From Diplonema japonicum (taxonomy: Eukaryota; Protista; Euglenozoa: Diplonemea), in the NCBI GenBank assembly GCA_964019335.1, contig OZ025743.1:1-64000 (forward strand): 64,000 bases of DNA, written 5' to 3'. Each line of letters starts with the position of its first letter. The stretch's first letter is position 1. Below, one piece after another: positions 19,150-29,138 of this stretch. The position numbers and the translations under genes are program-made. The notes under the pieces were generated by a model, which worked only from the letters and a program-made list of their open reading frames with translations, was not told the origin of the DNA and ran no database searches.

Positions 19150-22011
19150 ATGGGCAAGAAGAAAGACAAGCACAAGGAGAAGGCAAAGCCGGAAGGGAAC
19201 GGGGCCAGCACGCAGCTGGCGCAGTCCAAGGCCAGGGAGGAGCGGCGGGTGGAGAGGATGCTCCGCAGCGCGGGAGCAGCCGGGGAGCTGGGGCAGCTCC
19301 TGACGCCGGAGCACCGGGAGAAGATGACGGGGGTGGTCACCGTGATTGACCTCCTCACGCCCGACGCCGCCGCCGCTACAGCCGGCCCAGCGACACCTGT
19401 CGCCTCCACCCCGACCGGCTCCGTCAAAAGGCCGGTTTCGCCTGACGCCAGCGTCGCCACCCCGACCTCCAGCAAGAAAGCTAGGAGGAAGGCCGCCAGA
19501 GCCGCGCGCGCTGACGCTGCCGCCGAAGCCGCACACATAGCTGACGCCACACACCCCCTCGAAGCCGCACGCACTGCGGCCGACGTCGAACTCGCGGGAA
19601 TCGCTGCTGATTTGGAAGCTGCACGCGAGTCGGCCGACGTGGTAGCTGCAGAAATAGCAGCTAAGATGAAGGCTGCGCAGGAGGTGGCTGATGCTGCGGT
19701 TGTCAAAATGGCAGCCGAGACGGAAGCTGCACGCGTGGCTGGTGTGGAGGCTGCTCGCAGAGCAGTCGAGGCTGAGGAGAAGGCTCTGCGCGAGCGGTCT
19801 ACTGCACGACTTGCGGCAGAGGAGAAGGAGGCTGCGCGTGCTGCGGCCGAGATGAAAGCAGCCGAGGAGAAGAAGGCTACAGCCGCAGCCGCTGCAGCCG
19901 AGAAGAAGAAAGCCGCAGCCGCCGCCGCCGCCGAGAAGAAAGCAGCAGCCGCCGCCGCCGCCGAGGAGAAGGCCGCCGCCGAGAAGAAAGCAGCAGCCGC
20001 CGCCGCCGCCGCCGAGAGGAAGGCCGCAGCCGACGCCGCCAGGAAGAAAGCTGCAGCCGCCGCCGCCGCCGCCGAGAAGGAGACCGCAGCCGCAGCCGCC
20101 GCCGCCGAGGAGAAGAAGAAGGTCGCAGCCACCGCCGCCGCCGAAAAGGAAGCCGCCGCAGCCGCTGCCAAAAAGGAGGAAGCTTTGAGGTTGGCGGCCG
20201 CCAAGAAGGCAGATGCCCAGAAGGTCGAGGACGAAGCAGTCGCGAACGCTTCCGCCAACGCGTCAACAGACCAAGGCACGCTCCTCCTCAGCTCAGACTC
20301 TGACACCAGCTCTGGCCCTGAGGAGATGGAGGACGACCCTGCCCCTGCCCCTTCCACAACCCCGCGATGGGACCTGGTGCCAGACACACGGGACGCCCCG
20401 ATCTACACCAACGTGTCCCCCCCGACGGAAACATCCCGCGCTGTCATTGCGCTCGACGATCCCTCCGAAATGGGGGTCGTGTGCTCCGCGTTACCTACGG
20501 CATCCATCACCTTTGTCCTTATGACAGAGGTCCCCGGTGTCACCACCCCCAGCGAGATTGTCATGGTCTCTGGGTCGCGCGCAGTGAACAGGAGGGTCCA
20601 CGTCTCCACGTTCGGGCTGGACCCCCCCACCTACACCCCGCCTTCCACCTTCAACAGCGGATCGGAGGTCGTCTACGTCTGTGTCAGTGCAGACAGCCTG
20701 AAGGAGGCGAAGGCCAGGGTCCTGGAGCTCGCCAAGGCTCAGGGCGCGGTGGTGGAGGATCGTGCGGTCTTCCGCCCAAGGAAGTTCGGTGAGGAGGAAC
20801 CGCGGGCGAGGCACTGGACCCACGAGGTGGGACTGCGCCTGCAAGCAGCACACGTCCACGCCGTCCTGCGCCGGTCCGGGGACGGCTGCTTAATGCGGAC
20901 GACGGAGAGACGCGGGGGGTACGCTTATGTACCCATCGTGGCGGAAGGGAGGGCGGATGCCTTTCGGATTGCGGGGACGCTGGGTGGGTTGTCTCTCGGG
21001 GTGGCGCACCGTAAGGGATGGACTGTGCGGTGCCTACCGGAGACGGAACAGCGGCTCCGGGAAACCCTCGCAAAACTGCGTACAAAGCGCAAGTTTTTGC
21101 TCACCGGGGCCCCGCCGTCCATCACCAGGGCGGCCTTCGACGAAGTGATGGACCACATCGGTTGGAAACCATCCTCCGTCCTGCGACGCACGCAGACGAT
21201 GTTCCAGGGCACGAGGCAACTCGTGTTCTTCATCGTCGTCGACAGCCCGCCCCCGAAGTCCAGGACGTGGCTCCTTGGGGGGCGCCTTGTCTGCCTCCGT
21301 GATGCGGACGACCACCCGACCGTCAAGCCGCCCCCTCTCATCAACAGGACGACACCTGCATCTGCACCTGCGCTTGCAACGTCCTCGACCCCGGCACCCA
21401 CATCTTCTCATGTACCTGCACCTGCGCCTACACCTGTACCTGACCCGGCACCTGTATCGGCGTCTACACCCTCGGGGACTGGCCCTGCGGTGAAAGCAAC
21501 TGGGCTTCCTCCCACCAGCCCGTGGGCGTCCATACCGAGCTCGGTGGCTCCCCCCCAGCTCGACACTGTGACGTCCCCTACACCGCCCCGCAACGTGTCT
21601 GCGGGAAACAAGGAGGGGGTCCCTTCCGGGTCGCCTGAGGTCGCCGCTCTCACTGAGCTCGTCGCCACGCTGAAGGAGTCGATCGTCGGGCTGCAGAGGA
21701 CGATCGACTCTCAGCAGGAGATGATCTCCGATCTGCGGACGACGCTCCGCCTCCTCCTGCCGCAGGCGGCCACGCTGACGACGGGAACGGCAGTGCCGCG
21801 GGACCCTACACCGGGGGCGACGACGACACACGACAGTGTCTGGAAAGGGAAGGGGAAGGGGAAGAAGGGGGCTCCTCCTCTCGCTACGACCTCTGAGGCT
21901 GCGGTGACGAACCTGGGTACGAGGGGGCGGGCCAGGTCGTTCGCGGAGACCAAAGATCTCTTCACCAATGGGGTCAAGGGGCGCTCTGCCTCCATGGGTC
22001 CATCCAATTGA
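19150..22011 (+). CDS. Family B ORF1 protein (basic N-terminus, Ala/Glu/Lys coiled coil, central globular region, Pro-rich linker, C-terminal coiled coil)
   Basis: 953-aa ORF directly upstream of pol; AAAAEKK repeats. Confidence 0.8.
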   Translation: MGKKKDKHKEKAKPEGNGASTQLAQSKAREERRVERMLRSAGAAGELGQLLTPEHREKMTGVVTVIDLLTPDAAAATAGPATPVASTPTGSVKRPVSPDASVATPTSSKKARRKAARAARADAAAEAAHIADATHPLEAARTAADVELAGIAADLEAARESADVVAAEIAAKMKAAQEVADAAVVKMAAETEAARVAGVEAARRAVEAEEKALRERSTARLAAEEKEAARAAAEMKAAEEKKATAAAAAAEKKKAAAAAAAEKKAAAAAAAEEKAAAEKKAAAAAAAAERKAAADAARKKAAAAAAAAEKETAAAAAAAEEKKKVAATAAAEKEAAAAAAKKEEALRLAAAKKADAQKVEDEAVANASANASTDQGTLLLSSDSDTSSGPEEMEDDPAPAPSTTPRWDLVPDTRDAPIYTNVSPPTETSRAVIALDDPSEMGVVCSALPTASITFVLMTEVPGVTTPSEIVMVSGSRAVNRRVHVSTFGLDPPTYTPPSTFNSGSEVVYVCVSADSLKEAKARVLELAKAQGAVVEDRAVFRPRKFGEEEPRARHWTHEVGLRLQAAHVHAVLRRSGDGCLMRTTERRGGYAYVPIVAEGRADAFRIAGTLGGLSLGVAHRKGWTVRCLPETEQRLRETLAKLRTKRKFLLTGAPPSITRAAFDEVMDHIGWKPSSVLRRTQTMFQGTRQLVFFIVVDSPPPKSRTWLLGGRLVCLRDADDHPTVKPPPLINRTTPASAPALATSSTPAPTSSHVPAPAPTPVPDPAPVSASTPSGTGPAVKATGLPPTSPWASIPSSVAPPQLDTVTSPTPPRNVSAGNKEGVPSGSPEVAALTELVATLKESIVGLQRTIDSQQEMISDLRTTLRLLLPQAATLTTGTAVPRDPTPGATTTHDSVWKGKGKGKKGAPPLATTSEAAVTNLGTRGRARSFAETKDLFTNGVKGRSASMGPSN

Positions 22012-22152
22012 AGGGGCCCCGCAGAACAGGGGGGGCAGCAGATCTACGACCATGCTCCCTCTCCTAGTCTCCCTCGCATCCTCCCCAGGAGACTCCTACC
22101 TCTCTGTTTCTTCACCGACTTTTCTGCACTGATCCCCACCCTACTCGGGAGG

Positions 22153-25100
22153 ATGTCCGTCAGGGACCTGCTGGGGCTGCTTGGGCTGGTCGAAACAAAC
22201 CCTGGCCCACCCAAGAAGCTGCCGCCCCCGTCGCCTAAGGGTCTCAAGGGTTCTCAACGTTGCGAAATGGACCGTCGTATCTCGCCATGCTGACTTCTTG
22301 TCGCTGGACATCATCATGATACAGGAGACGCACCTGAGGGAAGGGCACGACACGCCACACCTGCCTGGGTACAGGTCATACAGGAGGGATCGGTTGACAC
22401 CGGTGACTGACGGCACTGCGACGAGGGGTGGTGGTATTGTCACGTATGTCCGCGACGATCTTGCCTCGGAGGAGGTTCCGCACGTACTCCCGGCTGGGGA
22501 CTGTGTCACTGAGAGACTGGATGTGAGGATCTCCTGCGAGAAGCGTGAGCCGATCACTCTCTCCAACGTTTACCTTACACCGGTAAGCGCGAGCAGAGGC
22601 ACGAGGGACCCTGAGTACCTGCGGCCTGGCAGCCTTCCCATGGGGAAGAACACAGTCATAGCGGGTGACTTCAATGCTCACCACAGCTCCTGGGACGCCA
22701 CGGTGACGACGCCGAACGAGAGGGGGAACGTGGTCAGGGACTGGCTGGACACCCACGGGTACTCCGTCTACAACGACCGCAACGAACCGACGAGGGACTC
22801 GTCACGACACGTTCTGGACCTGGTTGTGGGGCGCTGCGCGAAGCTTGAGCCGAAGACGCTGGGCACGTGGGGCTCCGATCATAGTCCCGTATCCTTTCAC
22901 CTGCCTCTTGAGGACGTCTACCGTTCGGAGCGCCCCTTCCCCACCTGGAATTTCAAAAAAGCCAGATGGGATGACTACACTGCTGCTGTTGCCCGCCTGC
23001 TTGCTGGTGTTGACACGGCGGCTCCGATTGACTCTGTCACGAAGGGGTTTACACAAGCCCTTTTGACTGCGGCGAACGACCACATTCCCCTCTGTGGGAT
23101 GCGACGTGGCCCGACCCCCTGGTGGACTGCTGAGCTCGAGGACGCCTTCGAAGAGCGGAACACCCTGCGCGAACTCCTGCTCCAAGAGGCTGACGTGGTG
23201 GTGGAGGAGTACAGGGCGAAGGTGAAAGAAGTCAACCGACTTCTTGACGAGACGAAGCGTGAGGCATGGGGAAGGATGGCGGCCGACCTCAGCCGGAGCA
23301 AGGACCTCGGGGCTGCGTTCAGAGCGGTGAAGAAGCTGGACGGCAGGCACCGAAAGACACACCTTCCTGTACTCGAGGGAAGATTTGTGTCGGACAAGGC
23401 GAAGGCCGACCGGCTGGGGGCGCACTTCGCTAAGCTCTACGGCAGGCGTGGTGACGGGAACTCGAAGGACGCCGCTCCTTCTGCAAGCAGACTCGGGTGT
23501 CAAGCGTTCACCGTGGACGACCTCACCCGCGGCCTGAGAAGGATGAAGACGCGCAGCGCGGCCGGGGAAGACGGAATCTTCTCGGAGATGCTCCTACACC
23601 TGAACTCGGACTCCCTCGGTGTCCTCCTTCTACTCCTCAATCGCTCCTGGCTGATGGGTGTCGTCCCCGGCGCCTGGAAGAAGGGAGTGATCGTCCCGGT
23701 ACCGAAACCTGGAAAAGATGCGACTCTCTTGGCTTCCTACCGGCCGATCTGCCTGACCAGCTGCCTCTGCAAGCTGCTGGAGAGGATGATCGAGGAGAGG
23801 CTCACGTTTCTTCTTGACGCGGACGGGACGGGAGTCGAGGGACTCCACGACAGCCAGGCTGGTTTCAGACGCGGCCGCTCCACGGAGGAGCAGGTGGCAA
23901 CCCTCACTGAGTGCATGTCGAGGAACAAAGACGATCGACGTCTCTCGGCCGCTCTGCTGTTCGACTTCTCTTCTGCCTTCGACCTGGTGCCCCATGGTGC
24001 CCTGCTGGACAAGATGCGAGGGAAGGGTCTCCCCGAACCCTTCGTGGAGTGGACGCGGTCCTTTCTATGCGGCCGTACTGCTGCGGTCACGATTGGACGG
24101 TCGAGGGGGTCGACGACGAAGGTGCGACGGGGTGTCCCCCAGGGCTCTGTCTTGGGTCCCATCCTGTACACCATCTACGTCGACGAACTCGCCAGGAGAC
24201 TGGAGGGACTGGCGGACGTCTCGGTGCTCTACGCCGACGACGTGGCGGTCGTGATCTCCTCTGGACAAGGGGACGTGGCTGGGCTGGAGCGGAAGGCGCA
24301 GGCAGTGGTGGATGCGGTTGAGGACTGGTGCAGGGAGCGTGACATGCTGCTGAGCACGTCCAAGACGCAGGCAGTCTGCGTCCCCCCCCAGAAACGTCTC
24401 GGGGTCTACTTCACTTCGTCACGAGTCCCCCTTCAGCCAGGTGCCTTCCAGAACCCACTCTTCGGCCTGGGGGTGAACGCCGATGGCACGATCTCCGGGG
24501 ACCAGGAGCTGGCGGGCCTTCAGGTTGTGGAGGCGGGTGGTGTGCGGATCCGCTGCGTGCGGGACATGCATGCAGCCGTGCGACGGCCCGACGTGGATTA
24601 CGTTGCGGCCCGTCCCCTGCCTCTGTCTGAACACGCGAGGTACCTTGGGGTTACGGTGGACTCTGGGCTCACGTTCGGTGAACACGCACAGGACATCCTA
24701 CGGCGGGCCAGCAAAAGGCTGAGGGTGCTGAAGCTCTTGTCCGGCACGTCCTGGGGCAGCAAGAGGGACACTCTGCGGTCTCTCTACGTTACGTACATCC
24801 TCCCGCTGCTGCGCTACTGCATGGGGGTCTACTACAGCAGGCTCGATGATGTCGGGAGGAAGGACCTGGCTGGGCTTCACCAGGAGGCGGCGGTGCTGAT
24901 CACGGGCTGCTGGAGTGGCTCCGGAGGGTACAAGCTCCTAGCTGAGGCAGGACTGCTTCCCCTCGAAAGAATGGCGGAGGGTGCTGCGGCGACGATGACG
25001 GCGAAGGCCTTCTGCTGGCAGTCTTCCCCGGTTCACAGGGAGACGGTCAAGCTGAAGCAGGCGAACAGGCTGGGGTGTGGGTGGCTGCGCTCTGGCTACC

Positions 25101-26287
25101 AAGCACTGCGTCGATGCGGGTTGGAACCAAAGGTGCACTTCGAGTACCTGTCGGCTACGCCCCTGGCGGCCCCGTGGCAGACAGGCATGGTCGACTTCAG
25201 GACTGACCTCCCCGGCGGGGTCACGCGATCGTCGCCAGACGCGGACAGGCGGAAGGCGGCCGAGGCTGCTCTTGCGGCTCTCCCCCCGGGCATCCATGCC
25301 TACACGGATGGCTCGGTTGTACAGGTCGGACAGAAGGCGAAAGGTGGCTCTGGGGTTTATCTGCAGCTGCCTCCCCCCCTGACCCCTGTGTCTGTGTGCC
25401 ATGGCGTCAACGACTTCTGTTCATCTTTTCGGGCAGAGGGCATGGCTGTGAAAACGGCGCTGGATATGGTGGCTACCCTCCGAAAAACACACCCTTCGCT
25501 GGCGAAGTCCCCGCTGTCGATCTGCACCGACTCCCTCTCCCTCGTCGAGCAGCTGCGAGCTGGCCCAACGCGACAGAGGGAGAAGCTCGACCACCAGACG
25601 TGGAGCCGGCTGGTGTCCGCGGCGCGCACGCAGGGGACACCGGTGGTCCTCCAGTTTGTGCCCTCCCACTGTGGGGTGGACGGGAACGAGAAGGCTGACG
25701 CTCTGGCCGTGGAGGGAACGAAGCGGAAGCAGGACAGGCCCTCCCTTGACTACCGATCAGTGAGGGCCCTGGTGCGACGGTGGGTGGTGCGGAGGTCCGC
25801 GGAGCTCATAACATCCCTCGCCCACAACTACGCGGTGGCGACCGAGCTTCGGTCCGCGCACTTCCCCCTTGGCTTCCCCAGACAAGCTGAAACGGTCATC
25901 TCGCGGCTGCGGATTGGTCACTCGGCTCTCTTCTTCGGCTTCCTGCAGACTGCTGGCCCGAACAGGAAGCACAAGGGTGTGCTCCGGTGCCCAGCCTGCC
26001 ACGCAGCACCGATGTCCAGGGAGCATGTTGTCGGTGGGTGCCCTGTGATCGGGAAGGGGGCGATCGACACTCCTGCTGGTACTCCCTCCCTAGCCTTCTC
26101 CCTGTCGAGACGCGTGACCCAGATCTACGACCTCATTGTTGAGTCTGGCCTGCTCGCCTGGTCACGCTCCGGACTGTTCACCTCGCCATCATCCCTGGCG
26201 TCTACAGACGTCACTGCACCTTCAAACGTGCCGCCCCCTCCTCCGGTCTCTCTTGACGCCGGTCCCGCGGCCCCCGTGCTGCGCTAA
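22153..26287 (+). CDS. Family B pol: 2A-like peptide, APE, RT with insertion, RNase H, CCHC; frame-disrupted near 22248
   Basis: GLVETNPGP in the ORF1 frame (ATG 22153). IQETH, GDFNAHH, SDH, YADD, YTDGS and CPAC..HVV..C lie in the 22181-26287 frame. Confidence 0.88.
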
Positions 26288-26723
26288 GGGATCGCCCCGT
26301 GTGTGTGTGTTAAATGGAATGTTGTGTTTTCCACTTTCCTTTCCCTTCCTCTCACTGTTTCCCATTTCCCCTTTTTTTTATTTTCACACTCACCAATGAT
26401 TCGCTCAATAGGAGCAATACCTCCCTGGGGGGCTTTCCGCCGGAGGTTCCAGCCAAAGAAGGACATCCAGCTGGAAGGTAGGCCCCCGTTTTTCTCTCAC
26501 TTGACTGAGGGAATAATGTAATTCAGCCCTCTTCGGCTGTCCCAAAGCAGAGCACGGGTTGGTGGGGGACCAGGGCTCCTCCTGCTTGCAGAAGCCTGGT
26601 CCATTGCCCTCCCTATTTCCCCATGGTTTCCCTTCACCTTTTTTTTTCCCTTTTCTCAGGTGTTGCTCTCCATGGCGGCCCTGCATTGGTATTTTGAAAA
26701 AAAAAAAAAAAAAAAAAAAAAAA

Positions 26724-27045
26724 GTTCTTAAAGTTCTTAAAGTCTGGGAGGTCGTCTCTTGTTACTAGAGGCGGCTAATGCCTCGAGACCCAGGTGCTGC
26801 CTGGTGGGTGGGATCGGTTTTATTTTATTATGAAAAGAGCGTGGTGAGGGGGTCCAAGTAATTTACAACAGGGAGCAGCGGACCAGGACCCCTCGACCAA
26901 TGGCTCAGTAACAGAGACTGCTTTTCACGAATCACTTTCAAACACCTCTCTTGGTTTGAAGTGATGTCCCATTCCCTTTGGTTTTCTCTACTCCCCTTCG
27001 ATCCTCCCGCCTGGTAGTGGAATATTTATTATTATTATTATTATT
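26724..27045 (+). mobile_element. SINE-like element S1, second copy
   Basis: Near-identical to the reverse complement of 2579-2900; duplicated AAAGTTCTT at the 5' end. Confidence 0.88.
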
Positions 27046-27060
27046 AAAAAAACAAAAAAG

Positions 27061-28482
27061 GATGGCTCGGTTGGCTCGGTTGTACAGGTCGGACAGAAGG
27101 CGAAAGGTGGCTCTGGGGTTTATCTGCAGCTGCCTCCCCCCCTGACCCCTGTGTCTGTGTGCCATGGCGTCAACGACTTCTGTTCATCTTTTCGGGCAGA
27201 GGGCATGGCTGTGAAAACGGCGCTGGATATGGTGGCTACCCTCCGAAAAACACACCCTTCGCTGGCGAAGTCCCCGCTGTCGATCTGCACCGACTCCCTC
27301 TCCCTCGTCGAGCAGCTGCGAGCTGGCCCAACGCGACAGAGGGAGAAGCTCGACCACCAGACGTGGAGCCGGCTGGTGTCCGCGGCGCGCACGCAGGGGA
27401 CACCGGTGGTCCTCCAGTTTGTGCCCTCCCACTGTGGGGTGGACGGGAACGAGAAGGCTGACGCTCTGGCCGTGGAGGGAACGAAGCGGAAGCAGGACAG
27501 GCCCTCCCTTGACTACCGATCAGTGAGGGCCCTGGTGCGACGGTGGGTGGTGCGGAGGTCCGCGGAGCTCATAACATCCCTCGCCCACAACTACGCGGTG
27601 GCGACCGAGCTTCGGTCCGCGCACTTCCCCCTTGGCTTCCCCAGACAAGCTGAAACGGTCATCTCGCGGCTGCGGATTGGTCACTCGGCTCTCTTCTTCG
27701 GCTTCCTGCAGACTGCTGGCCCGAACAGGAAGCACAAGGGTGTGCTCCGGTGCCCAGCCTGCCACGCAGCACCGATGTCCAGGGAGCATGTTGTCGGTGG
27801 GTGCCCTGTGATCGGGAAGGGGGCGATCGACACTCCTGCTGGTACTCCCTCCCTAGCCTTCTCCCTGTCGAGACGCGTGACCCAGATCTACGACCTCATT
27901 GTTGAGTCTGGCCTGCTCGCCTGGTCACGCTCCGGACTGTTCACCTCGCCATCATCCCTGGCGTCTACAGACGTCACTGCACCTTCAAACGTGCCGCCCC
28001 CTCCTCCGGTCTCTCTTGACGCCGGTCCCGCGGCCCCCGTGCTGCGCTAAGGGATCGCCCCGTGTGTGTGTGTTAAATGGAATGTTGTGTTTTCCACTTT
28101 CCTTTCCCTTCCTCTCACTGTTTCCCATTTCCCCTTTTTTTTATTTTCACACTCACCAATGATTCGCTCAATAGGAGCAATACCTCCCTGGGGGGCTTTC
28201 CGCCGGAGGTTCCAGCCAAAGAAGGACATCCAGCTGGAAGGTAGGCCCCCGTTTTTCTCTCACTTGACTGAGGGAATAATGTAATTCAGCCCTCTTCGGC
28301 TGTCCCAAAGCAGAGCACGGGTTGGTGGGGGACCAGGGCTCCTCCTGCTTGCAGAAGCCTGGTCCTTTGCCCTCCCTATTTCCCCATGGTTTCCCTTCAC
28401 CTTTTTATTTTCCCTTTTCTCAGGTGTTGCTCTCCATGGCGGCCCTGCATTGGTATTTTGAAAAAAAAAAAAAAAAAAAAAA
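27061..28482 (+). mobile_element. 5'-truncated LINE family B copy abutting tRNA-Arg, with target-site duplication
   Basis: Near-identical to 25306-26720; flanked by AACAAAAAAG at 27051-27060 and 28481-28490; 9-nt duplication at the 5' junction. Confidence 0.95.
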
Positions 28483-28491
28483 CAAAAAAGT

Positions 28492-28564
28492 GCCCCGTTG
28501 GCGCAATGGATAGCGCGTTGGGTTCCGAATCCAAAGGTTGCGGGTTCAAGTCCCGCACGGGGTT
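28492..28564 (+). tRNA. tRNA-Arg(CCG)
   Basis: GCCCCGTTGGCGCAATGGATAGCGCGTTGGGTTCCGAATCCAAAGGTTGCGGGTTCAAGTCCCGCACGGGGTT; cloverleaf with anticodon CCG and a T-run terminator. Confidence 0.95.
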
Positions 28565-29138
28565 CTTTTTTTATTTTTTTGGTGGCTGTAGTACCAAATA
28601 CAGAAAATAATGCAAGAAGGGGATAGAGACATTATTGAATTGGGGAGGGAGTAACTGAAATGATACTGTAAGAGGGATACTAATAAAAAGCTGTAAATAT
28701 TGTTCCCAGACAGAAGAGCTTCTTCTGCTTCTTTTTTTTCGTTTTTTGACTTACTATTCACAGAACATACGGAGCAAAAATCCCTTCAAAGTCACAAGGT
28801 TAATAATTTCTTTTTCCCCTTCTTTTTTTATGAAATAGAACACTCCTTCACTCAAATCCTGCTTGTCGAAGGACCTTCATCCTCGTCCACATCCTCGCGG
28901 GAAGGCTCATATGAGTGCTTTCGCATGGATAGATAATTCTGAGGCTGAAGTGGCTGAGGCTGTCTTGCGGTGTGATTGTGCGCACGATACAGTGATAGGC
29001 GACGGCGCTGGGGTTGGAGTACGGCAGGCTCTTCGGGGTAGTTCGCTTGGCTATTAATAAAGTCTCACTTTTGTCGCGCCCAGTATTTCTTTGGGTCACT
29101 GCTCATTCGTTTGGGGGGCCTTCTTCTCGGCTATTGTG

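Larger units (their letters stand above)
19122..26723 (+). mobile_element. Near-full-length two-ORF LINE family B
   Basis: ORF1 + pol + ~410-nt 3'UTR + poly(A) at 26697-26723. Confidence 0.93.

Noticed and set aside
19107-20387. 426-aa antisense ORF and other long antisense/overlapping ORFs (21034-22053, 7703-8860, 29931-30902)
   Set aside because: Shadows of GC-rich or repetitive sense ORFs.
9323-26723. LTR/DIRS or large TIR element defined by the long inverted repeats
   Set aside because: The repeats are poly(A)-tailed, differently truncated LINE copies, and no integrase or tyrosine recombinase is present.
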